64,000 bases of DNA from Alphaproteobacteria bacterium (GCA_965248835.1 CBDFLJ010000002.1:480001-544000); one strand, 5' to 3'. Positions 38,870 to 52,122 are shown, counted from the stretch's first letter. Notes: generated by a model not told the origin, from the sequence alone. Program-made: numbers and translations.

Positions 38870-39863
38870 GCGATACAAGGGTCGCGGCAAGACCTTCTGG
38901 TATCACCGCCGGACCGGGGAACGCTTGCCCGATGATGAGGTCGCAAGGACCGCGCGCGTCCTCGATATCAACCGGAGCCTGGATGAGGGCTGGGCCGACG
39001 AGACGGTCCCGCGCTCGTTGCGCGACTTGATAAGCCAATACCGGGCGAGCCCGGATTTCTTGGAGTTGGCTCCATCGACCCGGCGCGGCTACATGACCTA
39101 TCTCGACATGCTGGCTCGTGCATACCCGACGACGCCCGCCGCGAGCATAGACCGCGCGTGCCTGTACGAGATCCGCGATGCGCTGGCCGACACTCCACGC
39201 GCCGCCAATCTGACCCTCTCGCTCATGTCGATTCTGCTACGATTTGCCGTCGATCGGGGCTGGCGCGCGGACAATCCGGCGGTGCGGGTCAAGAAGCTGC
39301 GCGGCGGTAAGAGCTACGAACCCTGGCCGGAGACGGCGATCGAGCGGTTCCGCGCCGGCGCGAACCTGCGGATGGTTTGGGCCGTCGAGATCGCGCTCTA
39401 CACCGGCCAGCGCCAAGGCGACGTGCTGGGGATGCAGTGGAGACATATCCGCGACGGCCTGATTTCTGTCGCCCAGGCCAAGACCGGCGAACGGCTGTCG
39501 ATCCCGATCCACCGCGACCTTGCGGTCGTGCTCGATCAGATCCCACGCGACCATTTGGCGATCGTCCATACCGAACGCGGCAGTCCCTACACGTCCTCGG
39601 GATTCCGGTCAACCTTCCGCAAGGAACTCTCACGGCTCGGCCTGGTCGGTCTCCAGTTCCACGGCCTTCGTCACACCGCCGGCGTGAAGCTCGCCGAGGC
39701 TGGATGCACCGACCGCGAATTGATGGCGATCCTGGGGCACCGGACTGCCTCGATGGTCACCCGATACACGCGCCAAGCCGACCAAAAACGCCTCGCCCGA
39801 TCGGCGATCGTGAAGCTCGAAACGAGAACAAAAGTGTCTAACACACCTGACGGAACTGTCTAA
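38841..39863 (+). CDS. int: Tyrosine recombinase / phage integrase (element B)
   Basis: TGQR, AKTG, HGLRH, LGH, TRY residues; ends 47 bp from tRNA 3' end. Confidence 0.95.
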   Translation: MQVVRLRHVKRYKGRGKTFWYHRRTGERLPDDEVARTARVLDINRSLDEGWADETVPRSLRDLISQYRASPDFLELAPSTRRGYMTYLDMLARAYPTTPAASIDRACLYEIRDALADTPRAANLTLSLMSILLRFAVDRGWRADNPAVRVKKLRGGKSYEPWPETAIERFRAGANLRMVWAVEIALYTGQRQGDVLGMQWRHIRDGLISVAQAKTGERLSIPIHRDLAVVLDQIPRDHLAIVHTERGSPYTSSGFRSTFRKELSRLGLVGLQFHGLRHTAGVKLAEAGCTDRELMAILGHRTASMVTRYTRQADQKRLARSAIVKLETRTKVSNTPDGTV

Positions 39864-39910
39864 CATGGCGGATTTCGACCCGCCAATGTCCCGTAACCCA
39901 TTGAAAAGGT

Positions 39911-39986
<76 letters not shown>

Positions 39987-40051
39987 GCCCTGGGGGCTGG
40001 CTTATAGCAAAACCGGACGAGGTTGGCCAGCGCGCGCGGACGAAGTCCGGC

Positions 40052-41200
40052 TCAGAAATCCTCGACGATGCCCGACTTTCCGATCATCGTGTCGCGATGG
40101 ATGCTGGCGGACAGCAACAGCCCGAAGCCGGTCATCACCGACAGCATCGCGGTGCCGCCGTATGAGATCAGCGGCAGCGGGACGCCGACCACCGGGACCA
40201 GACCCATGACCATGGCGATGTTGATGAACACGTACAGCGAGACCGTCACCGTGACGCCGACGCCGAGGATCCGGCCGAACTGGTTGCGCACCCGCACCGA
40301 GAGCGCGATTCCGTAGGCGAGCAGCACCAGGAACAGCGCCAGAAGCGCCAGCCCGCCGAGCAGGCCGAACTCCTCGGCCAGCATGGTGAAGATGAAATCG
40401 GTCTGACGCTCGGGCAGGAAGTTGAGGTGGGCCTGAGTCCCCTGCATGAACCCCTTGCCGAAGACGCCGCCCGAACCGAGGGCGATCTTGGACTGCAGGA
40501 TGTGGTAGCCCGCCCCCAGCGGGTCGGTCTGCGGATCGAGGAAGGTCAGGATGCGCTGGCGCTGGTAGGGCCTGAGCACCGACCACACGACCGGCAGGGC
40601 GGCAAGCCCGACAACGCCGACCACGGCGAACGTCCAAAGCCGGACGCCGACCACGAACAGGATCGCCGCACCGCCCGCCAGCAGCATCACCGCGGTGCCG
40701 AGATCGGGCTGGCGCAGCACCAGGACCGCGGGCAGCGACGTCATCAGGATCGGCGCGATCAGGAAGCTGGGCCGGCCGACATCCTCGATCGTCGCGCCGT
40801 GGAAATAGCGCGCGAGCCCCAGCACCAGAGCGATCTTCATCACCTCCGAGGGCTGCAGCTTGAAGAAGCCCAGGTCGATCCAGCGCCGGGCGCCCATGCC
40901 GGTCGACCCGGCGATCTCGACCACGACCAGCAGCACCAGGACGACGGCATAGACCGTGTAGGCGTGGCGCAGCCAGAACCGGATATCGACCAGGGCGACC
41001 ACCAGCATCAGCGTCAACGCGACGCCGAAGCGCGCCGTCTGGCGGATCGCCCAGGGCTCCCAGCTGCCGTTGCCCGCCGAATAGAGCATGCCGACGCCGA
41101 TGGCGGCGATCGCGCAGAGCAGGATCACCAGCAGCCAGTTGAGCTGCACGAGCTTCTGGCCCAGCGATATGCCCCGGCCGGTGGCGAGCCTGAAACCCAT
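40052..41200 (-). CDS. rodA: Rod shape-determining protein RodA
   Basis: GARRWIDLG...QPSE, QPDLGT, LPE.QTDFIF, PLPLISYGG. Confidence 0.96.
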   Translation of the reverse strand: MGFRLATGRGISLGQKLVQLNWLLVILLCAIAAIGVGMLYSAGNGSWEPWAIRQTARFGVALTLMLVVALVDIRFWLRHAYTVYAVVLVLLVVVEIAGSTGMGARRWIDLGFFKLQPSEVMKIALVLGLARYFHGATIEDVGRPSFLIAPILMTSLPAVLVLRQPDLGTAVMLLAGGAAILFVVGVRLWTFAVVGVVGLAALPVVWSVLRPYQRQRILTFLDPQTDPLGAGYHILQSKIALGSGGVFGKGFMQGTQAHLNFLPERQTDFIFTMLAEEFGLLGGLALLALFLVLLAYGIALSVRVRNQFGRILGVGVTVTVSLYVFINIAMVMGLVPVVGVPLPLISYGGTAMLSVMTGFGLLLSASIHRDTMIGKSGIVEDF

Positions 41201-41219
41201 GCGCGCCCGCCGCCCCGGC

Positions 41220-43097
41220 TCAGCCGCTTACCGGGTCGGGCTTGGCCGCCGCCAGCCGGCGGGCGGCATCCTTGCCCAGAGGATCGCGCCGCTGCGTCTC
41301 CAGCAGGATGTCGCTGGCCATCGGGGCCGCGGTCGCGGAGCCGGACCCGCCGTGCTCGACCACCACCGAGATCGCATAGCGCGGCGTCTCGACCGGGGCG
41401 TAGGCGACGAACAACGCATGGTCGCGCTCATGCCAGGGCCGCTCGTGGTTCTTGAGCACCCGCAATTCGCGCTCGCGCTTGGAGATCCCCCGCACCTGGG
41501 AGGTGCCGGTCTTGCCGGCAAGCTCGAACCCGTTCTCGCGGATGGCGTAGCGGTAGGCGGTGCCGCGCTCGTCGTTGGCGACCGCGTCCATCCCCCGGCG
41601 CACCAGGCTGAGCGCACGCTCGGGGATCTCGAGCGAGGGGAAATCCGGCGCGGCCGGCCTCCCGGCGCCGTCGGGCGCTTCCTGGACCAGCCGCGGCAGC
41701 ACCTTCCGGCCCGAGGCCACGCGCGCGGTCATCACGGCGAGCTGCAACGGGGTGGCCAGCAGAAAGCCCTGGCCGATGCCGGTGATCAGGGTCTCGCCCT
41801 GCTGCCATTTCTCGCCGAGGGTGGCGAGCTTCCATTCCGGCGTCGGCACCAGGCCCGCGCGCTCGCCCGGCAGCGCGTTGAGCAGCTTGGAGCCCAGACC
41901 CAGCCGCACCGCCATCTCGGAAACCTTGTCGATGCCGACCTTCATGGCGAGGTCGTAGAAATAGATGTCGCAGGACTGTCTGATCGCGCCGACCATGTCG
42001 AGCCAGCCGTGGCCGTGCTTATGCCAGCAGTGGAAACGCGCCTGGCCGAGCTCTATGACGCCCGGGCAGAACACCCGGTAACCGGGCGGTGCGACCCCGG
42101 CCGCGAGCGCGGCCAGGGTGACGGTCATCTTGAAGGTCGAGCCGGGCGCGTAGCTGCCCGAGATCGTCTTGTTGATCAGTGGGTTCATCGGGTTGGAGGC
42201 CACCGACTTCCAAGTCTCGGCGCTCAGCCCCTTGGCGAACTGGTTGGGCTCGAAGCTCGGGGTCGATGCCATCGCCAGGATGTCGCCGGTCTGGACCCCG
42301 ATCAGCACCGCGGCCGCGGATTGCGCGTAGGCCAGCCGGTCCTGGGTGAAGGCCTGCAGCTTCAGGTCAAGGGTCAGCCCGATGTCGTTGCCCGGCACGC
42401 CGTCGTTGCGGTCGAGCTCGCGGATCACCCGACCGACCGCGTTGACCTCGACCTGACTCGATCCCGCCTTGCCGCGCAGCGCCAGGTCGTGGGTCTTCTC
42501 GATTCCGTCCTTGCCGATCCTGAAGCCCGGCTGCTCGAGCAGCGGATCGCCCGTCAGCTCGGGCTCGCTGACCGCAGCGACGTAGCCCAGGATGTGCGCC
42601 GCCTTGACCGAATAGGGGTAATCGCGGACCTGGCCGACATCGATCGTCACACCCGGCAAGTCCGGCGCATTGACCTCGATGGCGGCGACCTCGCGCCAAT
42701 CCAGATCCTCGCGCACGGTCACCGGCACAAAGGACCGCCGCTTCCCGACCTCGCGCAGGACCCGGTCGCGCTCGGCCGCGGTCAGGTCGATCAGCCGGTC
42801 GAGCACCTCCAGCGTGCGTTCGATGTCGTCGGTCTTCTCGGCGATCAGGAGCACGCGGTAGTTCTCGCGGTTGACCGCCAGCGGCGCTCCGAACCGGTCG
42901 AAGATGCGCCCGCGCAGCGGGGCGAGCAGGCGCAGGCTGATCCGGTTGTCCTCGGCCAGCATCTTGTAGCGGTCGGATTCCACGACCTGAAGCTGGTACA
43001 TCCGCCCGGCCAGGATCGACATGATGACCAGCTTGCCGCCGGCCAGCATCATGGTCCGGCGGGTGAGCAGCCTCTGCTTCTCGTTGTCCCGATACAT
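41220..43097 (-). CDS. mrdA: Penicillin-binding protein 2
   Basis: GSTFK, SCD, KTG motifs; context between mreD and rodA. Confidence 0.96.
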   Translation of the reverse strand: MYRDNEKQRLLTRRTMMLAGGKLVIMSILAGRMYQLQVVESDRYKMLAEDNRISLRLLAPLRGRIFDRFGAPLAVNRENYRVLLIAEKTDDIERTLEVLDRLIDLTAAERDRVLREVGKRRSFVPVTVREDLDWREVAAIEVNAPDLPGVTIDVGQVRDYPYSVKAAHILGYVAAVSEPELTGDPLLEQPGFRIGKDGIEKTHDLALRGKAGSSQVEVNAVGRVIRELDRNDGVPGNDIGLTLDLKLQAFTQDRLAYAQSAAAVLIGVQTGDILAMASTPSFEPNQFAKGLSAETWKSVASNPMNPLINKTISGSYAPGSTFKMTVTLAALAAGVAPPGYRVFCPGVIELGQARFHCWHKHGHGWLDMVGAIRQSCDIYFYDLAMKVGIDKVSEMAVRLGLGSKLLNALPGERAGLVPTPEWKLATLGEKWQQGETLITGIGQGFLLATPLQLAVMTARVASGRKVLPRLVQEAPDGAGRPAAPDFPSLEIPERALSLVRRGMDAVANDERGTAYRYAIRENGFELAGKTGTSQVRGISKRERELRVLKNHERPWHERDHALFVAYAPVETPRYAISVVVEHGGSGSATAAPMASDILLETQRRDPLGKDAARRLAAAKPDPVSG

Positions 43098-43105
43098 CGC
43101 CCGCC

Positions 43106-43618
43106 TCAGGCCTGGCGCAGGATCGCGTGATGGATTTTGGCGAACAGCCAGGTAAGGAAGGGATAGGCCGCAAGAGTGAGTGCGAACTGGAAGACCAGTG
43201 GCGCCGGGTCGATGGCGACGATGTGGTAGCCCATCGTGATCAGCCAGAAGACGAGCGCGGCAATGGCGGCGGTAAGCCCGAACGCCCACCAGACTATGGC
43301 GAAGGACTTGCCCTGGAAGAACGTCCGCTGATAGACGATCGCGCCGTGGACCAACAGCAGAGTGATTGCGTTGATGCCGAACGGAGAGCCGATCAGGAGA
43401 TCCTGCCACAGCCCGAGCACCAGCACCGCAATCGCCGGCATCAGGTCGGGGCGGTAGATCGTCCAATAGAAGACTGCGATCAGGGCGAGGTTCGGCGCCG
43501 CGGGGCCGTAGGTCGGCAGATAGATCGGCGTTGCCGAGAACATCACCAGCAGCGCCGAGAGCACGAACGGCGTCAGGTTTGTGGCGAGCTTGTCGAGGCG
43601 CGCGAAGATCCCGCTCAT
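43106..43618 (-). CDS. mreD: Rod shape-determining protein MreD
   Basis: VFYW.IYRPD, GLWQDLL.G.PFG; operon context. Confidence 0.92.
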   Translation of the reverse strand: MSGIFARLDKLATNLTPFVLSALLVMFSATPIYLPTYGPAAPNLALIAVFYWTIYRPDLMPAIAVLVLGLWQDLLIGSPFGINAITLLLVHGAIVYQRTFFQGKSFAIVWWAFGLTAAIAALVFWLITMGYHIVAIDPAPLVFQFALTLAAYPFLTWLFAKIHHAILRQA

Positions 43619-44502
43619 CGCCCGGGACCGCGCGATGACGCGCGTGCGGGGACCGCCCGCCTGAAGGCGACCTCCGGATAGTCGAGGATCCGCACGAATG
43701 CGAGCCTGACCGGATCGACGAAAAGGCGGATGCGGATGCCGCCGCCCTCGCCGATGCCGGAGACGATCCCGACGGGCAGGCCGGGCGGCAGGACCCCGCC
43801 GTGGCCGGACGTGACCACCCGTTCCCCGGTATTGACGCTGGCGTCGTGGCGCAGGAACTGGATCTGCGGGTGGGGCGCGTTGTCGCCGGCCAGGATCGCC
43901 CGTTCGCGCGATTCCTCGAGCATCACCGGGACGCGCGAGTTCAAATCGGTCAACAGCAGCACCCGCGCCGAACGGTCGCCCACGGCCTGTACGCGGCCGA
44001 CCAGCCCGCCGCCTGCGACCACGGCCTGCCCCTTGGCGATCCCCTCGCGCGCGCCGGCGGTGACGATGATCGAGCGGACGAACACCCCGCCGGCATCGGC
44101 GACCACCCGGGCGGCGGTGAAGTGGACGTTGGGCTCGGGCACGAAGCGCAGGAGCTCGCGGAGCTGGTCGTTCTCGCCGGACAGCTTGCGGGCGGCGGCC
44201 TGCCACTGGATCAGCCGCTCGTTCTGCAGCTTGAGCCTTGCGTTCTCCGCGCGCAGCCGGCCGAGCGCGTTGATGTCGGCGATGGCATCGGTGACGGTGG
44301 CCACCGGGCGGGACATCATGCTCATGATCGGCGCCACGAAGTCGATCACGCTCGCCCGGATGCGCTCGACCAGGACCGTTTCCGCCTTGCCCAGCAGCGT
44401 CAGGCCGAAGGCGGCGATGATCACCAGCAGGAACGCGAACCGCAGGGCCAGCGCCCTGATGGGCGCCGCCAGCCTGACGACGGATCCCGGGCTGTACTTC
44501 AC
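43615..44502 (-). CDS. mreC: Rod shape-determining protein MreC
   Basis: TM plus coiled coil, GLVGRV, VVTSG.GG..PPGLPVG. Confidence 0.94.
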   Translation of the reverse strand: MKYSPGSVVRLAAPIRALALRFAFLLVIIAAFGLTLLGKAETVLVERIRASVIDFVAPIMSMMSRPVATVTDAIADINALGRLRAENARLKLQNERLIQWQAAARKLSGENDQLRELLRFVPEPNVHFTAARVVADAGGVFVRSIIVTAGAREGIAKGQAVVAGGGLVGRVQAVGDRSARVLLLTDLNSRVPVMLEESRERAILAGDNAPHPQIQFLRHDASVNTGERVVTSGHGGVLPPGLPVGIVSGIGEGGGIRIRLFVDPVRLAFVRILDYPEVAFRRAVPARASSRGPGR

Positions 44503-44576
44503 GGAATTGACGCCCCCTCACGCGGGCATTGGTGCGGCGCGGCCTCCTGTTTCAATCCTGCCGCCTCGAGACCGGG

Positions 44577-45623
<1,047 letters not shown>

Positions 45624-45691
45624 TCACTCGACACCTCGTTCACCGCACGGCGCGGCAGTCGGCCCCTCCGGGCGGAAGAGGCCATGCAACA

Positions 45692-47245
45692 TCAGGCGCT
45701 CAACGCCGAGGGCGCAGTCTTCTCCCGCTTGACCAAGAGCTTGTTGAGCGCGTTCACATATGCGCGCGCGGACGCGACCAGGGTGTCGGTATCCGCGCCC
45801 TGGCCGTTGACCGTCTTTCCGTCCTCCTCCAGCCGCACCGTCACCTCGGCCTGCGCATCGGTGCCCTCGGTGACCGCGTGGACCTGATAGAGCTTCAGCG
45901 TCGCCGTGTGCGGGAACAACTGGCCGATGGCGTTGAAGGTGGCATCGACCGGCCCGTCGCCCTCCGACTTGGTCCGGCAGCGCTGGCCGTCGATGTCGAG
46001 CTCGAGCTCGGCGGTCTGCGGGCCCGACGAGCCGCAGATCACCTGCAGCCAGACGAACCGGATCCGGTCGTTGTCGCGGATCACCTCGTCGTCGATCAGG
46101 GCGATGATGTCCTCGTCGAAGACATCCTTCTTCTTGTCGGCGAGGTCCTTGAACCGGCGGAACGCGTCCTGCATCGCGTTCTCGCCGAGGTCGTAGCCCA
46201 GCTCCCTGATCTTCTCGCGGAAGGCATGCCGGCCGGAATGCTTGCCCATCACCAGCGTGGACTGCTTCAAGCCGACCGATTCCGGGGTCATGATCTCGTA
46301 GGTCCCGGCGTGCTTGAGCACGCCGTCCTGGTGGATGCCCGCCTCATGGGCAAAGGCATTGGCGCCCACGATTGCCTTGTTGGGCTGGACCGTGAAGCCG
46401 GTGATCGTCGAGACCAGGCGCGAGATCCGGGTGATCACCCCGGTATCGACGCCGCAAGCGAACGGCATCATGTCCTGGCGCGTGCGCAGCGCCATGACGA
46501 TCTCCTCCAAGGCGGCGTTGCCGGCCCGCTCGCCCAGGCCGTTGATGGTGCATTCCACCTGGCGTGCGCCGGCGGAGATCGCCGCCAGCGAATTGGCCAC
46601 CGCGAGCCCCAGGTCGTTGTGGCAATGGGCCGAGAAAATCGCTTTGTCGCTGTTGGGCACACGCTCGCGCAGCATGCGGATCATGCCGCCGAACTCCTCG
46701 GGCAGGGCATAGCCCACGGTGTCGGGCAGGTTGATGCAACTTGCCCCCGCGCGGATCGCCGCCTCCACGCACCGGCACAGGAAATCGGGATCCGAGCGCG
46801 AGCCGTCCTCGGGCGACCAGTCGACATCGTCGGTGTATTTGCGCGCGTGGCTGACGCTGTCGATCACCGCGTCGTGGACATCCTCGGGCTCCATCTGCAG
46901 CTTGTATTTCATGTGCAACGGGCTGGTGGCCAGGAAGGTGTGGATGCGCGCCCGCTCGGCCGGTTTCAGCGCCTCGGCGGCGCGGTCGATGTCGGCTCGG
47001 CCGGAGCGGGCGAGGCCGCAGATCACCGGTCCGCGGATCGACTTCGAGATCTCGTGCACCGCCTCGAAATCGCCGTTCGAGGCGATCGGGAAGCCGGCCT
47101 CGATCACGTCCACGCCGAGCTCGGCGAGCATCTCGGCGATGCGGATCTTCTCCTCGAGGTTCATCGACGCGCCGGGCGACTGTTCACCGTCGCGCAGGGT
47201 GGTATCGAAAATGATTATCCGTTCCGGTTCGGCGCTCTGGCTCAT
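45692..47245 (-). CDS. leuA: 2-isopropylmalate synthase
   Basis: FDTTLRDGEQ, HCHNDLG, GERAGN, GIHQDG. Confidence 0.97.
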   Translation of the reverse strand: MSQSAEPERIIIFDTTLRDGEQSPGASMNLEEKIRIAEMLAELGVDVIEAGFPIASNGDFEAVHEISKSIRGPVICGLARSGRADIDRAAEALKPAERARIHTFLATSPLHMKYKLQMEPEDVHDAVIDSVSHARKYTDDVDWSPEDGSRSDPDFLCRCVEAAIRAGASCINLPDTVGYALPEEFGGMIRMLRERVPNSDKAIFSAHCHNDLGLAVANSLAAISAGARQVECTINGLGERAGNAALEEIVMALRTRQDMMPFACGVDTGVITRISRLVSTITGFTVQPNKAIVGANAFAHEAGIHQDGVLKHAGTYEIMTPESVGLKQSTLVMGKHSGRHAFREKIRELGYDLGENAMQDAFRRFKDLADKKKDVFDEDIIALIDDEVIRDNDRIRFVWLQVICGSSGPQTAELELDIDGQRCRTKSEGDGPVDATFNAIGQLFPHTATLKLYQVHAVTEGTDAQAEVTVRLEEDGKTVNGQGADTDTLVASARAYVNALNKLLVKREKTAPSALSA

Positions 47246-47284
47246 CCTGGAGCTCCTCTGACGCAGCGTTGTGGACTCAGGCGT

Positions 47285-47478
47285 GGGTCAGTCATTCCCC
47301 TGAACGGCCGGCCGCGGGCGGCAACTCCCGTTCAGGGGCTCCTAAGTCGCCGAACCTCGTGGATGGTTGAGGGAAGCCGGATGCCGGTGCTCTGCGCCAG
47401 GACACAGGGCGAGCCGGCGGCTCCCGGAACCGCTATCGGGTGCCGACCGTTTGCAGCTTGCTTCGCATTCGTCCTCAT
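47285..47478 (-). promoter_or_regulatory. Putative leuA leader (48-aa leader ORF 47478-47332 plus hairpin over its stop)
   Basis: Inverted repeat cccctgaacgg / ccgttcagggg; leader ends VRRLRSP*. Confidence 0.5.
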
Positions 47479-47663
47479 CAACCGGCGATCACACTCGTCA
47501 CAGGGCCCAGGTCGAGAACCGAAAACACAATGTTTCCGTGGGCCGCGACTCTTCCCTTGTCGCGACCGAAGTTCATCTTTACGCCAAAACCGCCTGAAAC
47601 CGCAACGAAATTTTGCCGTACAGGCCGCGCCGGAAAGCGGTTCGGGGCGGAGTCCGCCCGGCC

Positions 47664-49230
<1,567 letters not shown>

Positions 49231-49254
49231 GTTTGGGCTCCGAACGGTTGCCGA

Positions 49255-51015
49255 TCAGACCAGCACCATGCCTTCCTCGGAAACCGGCGCCTCGGCCTCG
49301 TCGCCCGGCCCCAGCAGCATCTCGTTGTGGGCCGCCCCCGAGGGGATCATCGGAAAGCAGTTCTCGGTCTGATCGACCACGATGTCGGCGATCACCGGCC
49401 CGTCGGTATCGATCATCGCATCGATCACCCCGTCGACGTCGGCCGGCCTGGTGGCCCGCAGCCCGGTCCAGTGGAAGGCCTCGGCCATTCTGACGAAATC
49501 CGGCAGCGCCGCGGTGTAGCTCTCCGAATAGCGGCCGCCGTGCATCAGTTCCTGCCATTGGCGGACCATGCCCATCCACTGGTTGTTGATCACGAACACC
49601 TTGACCGGCAATTTGTACTGCACCGCGGTCGACAGCTCCTGGATGTTCATCAGGAACGACGCCTCGCCGGCGATGTCGATGACCAGCGCGTCGGGGTGCG
49701 CGGTTTGAACGCCGATCGCGGCAGGAAGGCCGTAACCCATCGTCCCCAGGCCGCCCGAGGTCATCCAGCGGTTGGGCTCTTCGAACTTGAAGAACTGGGC
49801 GGCCCACATCTGGTGCTGGCCGACCTCTGTGGTGATGTAGATGTCGCGCCCCCTGGTCTTCTCGTAGAGCCGCTGGATGGCGTATTGCGGCTTGATGATC
49901 GTATCGGAGTCGACGTAGCGCAGGCAGTCGCGCTTGCGCCATTGCTCGATCTGCGCCCACCAGGCCTTGAGCGCCTTGGCATCGGGCGCGGCCTTGCGCG
50001 CCTTCCACGCCCGCAAAAGCTGGTCGAGCACGACCGCGGCATCGCCGATGACCGGCACGTCGACGGCAACGTTCTTGTTGATCGAGGACGGATCGATGTC
50101 GATATGGATCTTTTTCGAGCCCGGCGAGAAGTCGGCGAGCCGGCCGGTGACCCGGTCGTCGAACCGTGCCCCGACATTGATCATCACGTCGCAGTCGTGC
50201 ATCGCGAGGTTGGCCTCGTACATGCCGTGCATGCCGAGCATCCCCAGGCATTGCGGGTCCGAAGCCGGGTAGGCGCCCAGCCCCATCAGCGTCAGCGTTA
50301 CCGGATAGCCGGTCAGTCGGATCAGCCGCCGCAGCCGGCGGGAGGCCTCGGGACCTGCGTTGATCACCCCGCCGCCGACATAGAACAGCGGCCGCTTGGC
50401 ATTGGCCATCAGCGTCACCGCTTCGGCGATCCTGTCGCGGTCGGCGCGGACTTTCGGCCGGTAGGAGCGGTGCTCGCAGGCCTCCATCGCCTGGTATGTA
50501 CCCTGGCCCATCAGGATGTCCTTGGGCAGGTCGATCACCACCGGGCCGGGCCGGCCGCTGCGCGCGACATAGAATGCTTCGTGCACGATCCGCGGCAGGT
50601 CGGCCATGTCCTTGACCAGGTAGTTGTGCTTGGTGCACGGCCGGGTGATGCCGGTCGTGTCGGCCTCCTGGAAGGCATCGTTGCCGATCAGGTGGGTCGG
50701 GACCTGGCCGGTCAGGCAGACCACGGGGATGCTGTCCATCAGGGCATCGGTCAGCCCGGTGACAGCGTTGGTCGCACCGGGGCCCGAGGTGACCAGGACC
50801 ACGCCTACCTTGCCGGTCGATCGGGCATAGCCCTCGGCCATGTGCACCGCACCGCCCTCCTGGCGGACCAGCACGTGACGCACCGCGTTCTGGGTGAACA
50901 GCGCATCGTAGATCGGCAGCACCGCGCCGCCGGGATACCCGAAGACCGTATCCACACCCTGATCGACCAGAGCCTTTATGACGATCTCCGATCCCGTCAT
51001 CTGCTGGCTGGCCAT
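49255..51015 (-). CDS. ilvI: Acetolactate synthase large subunit
   Basis: FGYPGGAVL, TSGPGATN, TSGGLGTMGYG, GMVRQWQ. Confidence 0.96.
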   Translation of the reverse strand: MASQQMTGSEIVIKALVDQGVDTVFGYPGGAVLPIYDALFTQNAVRHVLVRQEGGAVHMAEGYARSTGKVGVVLVTSGPGATNAVTGLTDALMDSIPVVCLTGQVPTHLIGNDAFQEADTTGITRPCTKHNYLVKDMADLPRIVHEAFYVARSGRPGPVVIDLPKDILMGQGTYQAMEACEHRSYRPKVRADRDRIAEAVTLMANAKRPLFYVGGGVINAGPEASRRLRRLIRLTGYPVTLTLMGLGAYPASDPQCLGMLGMHGMYEANLAMHDCDVMINVGARFDDRVTGRLADFSPGSKKIHIDIDPSSINKNVAVDVPVIGDAAVVLDQLLRAWKARKAAPDAKALKAWWAQIEQWRKRDCLRYVDSDTIIKPQYAIQRLYEKTRGRDIYITTEVGQHQMWAAQFFKFEEPNRWMTSGGLGTMGYGLPAAIGVQTAHPDALVIDIAGEASFLMNIQELSTAVQYKLPVKVFVINNQWMGMVRQWQELMHGGRYSESYTAALPDFVRMAEAFHWTGLRATRPADVDGVIDAMIDTDGPVIADIVVDQTENCFPMIPSGAAHNEMLLGPGDEAEAPVSEEGMVLV

Positions 51016-51055
51016 GACGAACCCCCTTCGACCTCAACCCCGCCGGCCTCGCGGA

Positions 51056-51084
51056 CAAACGAAACCGGCCCGATGGGGCCGGTT
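51056..51084 (-). terminator. Attenuator/terminator-like hairpin upstream of ilvI
   Basis: aaccggccc catc gggccggtt followed by a T-rich tract on the minus strand. Confidence 0.5.
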
Positions 51085-51153
51085 CTGTCGCCGCTCGACC
51101 CGGTGGGCCGGGCGGCACGGCTATCCCTTCATGAAACACCGGACCCTAAACCC

Positions 51154-52110
51154 TCACACCGGTGGGGTCAACCGAAAATCGCTAATAAATGAAAAGATTT
51201 CCGGGCGTATTGTTTCCGAATATTTCTCTTCGACGACAAGGTCCGGGACCATCTGGTGGCGGAACCAGGTCATCTGCCGACGGGCGTAGCGCCTGGTGTC
51301 GCGTTTGGCCTGGCGCGTCGCCTCCGCTTCGCCGATGCGGCCTTCGGCGAGGGCGATGAGCGGGGCGAGGCCGACCGCCTTCATCGCCGGCACGGCGGGA
51401 TCGAGGCCGAGCGCCGCGATCCGCCCGGCCTCGGCCAAGGCCCCGGCGGCGAGCATGGCATCGAACCGCGCATCGCAGGCCGCATAGACCGTCGCGCGCT
51501 CGGGCAGAACCAGGATCCGGGCGAAGCGCCAGGCCGGTGCGTCCTCGCCCGACCGGCGCGCGTGCCAGGCGCGGAGCGGCCGGCCGGTCTGCTCCAGGAC
51601 CTCCAGCGCGCGAAGAATCCGCTGCGGGTCGCTGGCGCGGACGCGCCGCGCGCCTTGCGGGTCCACGCCGGCAAGCCGGTCATGGAGCGCTGCCGCTCCG
51701 TGCTCGGCGAGTTCCCGTCGAAGCCGTCCGCGCAGCGCCGGATCGATTTCCGGGACCGCCGCGATCCCCTCGCTCAGCGTCTTGAGGTAGAGCCCGGTGC
51801 CGCCGGTGACGATCGGCAACTTGCCCTGCGCGTGGGCTTGGTCGATTGCGCGCCGGGCCATCGCCTGCCAGCTTCCGGCCGAACAGGGATCGGCCGCGGC
51901 GAGGACGCCGTAGAGCCGGTGCGGCGCCCGGGCGAGCGCGTCGGCGCCCGGCCGGGCCGACAGGATCTCGAGCTCGCGGTAGAGCTGCATCGAATCGGCG
52001 TTGACGACCACGCCGTCCAAGCGCTCGGCCAGCGCCAGCGCCAGCGCCGATTTGCCGCTGGCCGTCGGCCCGGCGAGGACGACGACCGGCGAAGCGGCGG
52101 CCTGTTCCAG
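51154..52110 (-). CDS. miaA: tRNA dimethylallyltransferase (probable CTG start)
   Basis: GPTASGKS, NADSMQLY, GGTGLY, YARRQMTWFR. Confidence 0.92.
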   Translation of the reverse strand: MEQAAASPVVVLAGPTASGKSALALALAERLDGVVVNADSMQLYRELEILSARPGADALARAPHRLYGVLAAADPCSAGSWQAMARRAIDQAHAQGKLPIVTGGTGLYLKTLSEGIAAVPEIDPALRGRLRRELAEHGAAALHDRLAGVDPQGARRVRASDPQRILRALEVLEQTGRPLRAWHARRSGEDAPAWRFARILVLPERATVYAACDARFDAMLAAGALAEAGRIAALGLDPAVPAMKAVGLAPLIALAEGRIGEAEATRQAKRDTRRYARRQMTWFRHQMVPDLVVEEKYSETIRPEIFSFISDFRLTPPV

Positions 52111-52122
52111 CGCCGCGGGACC

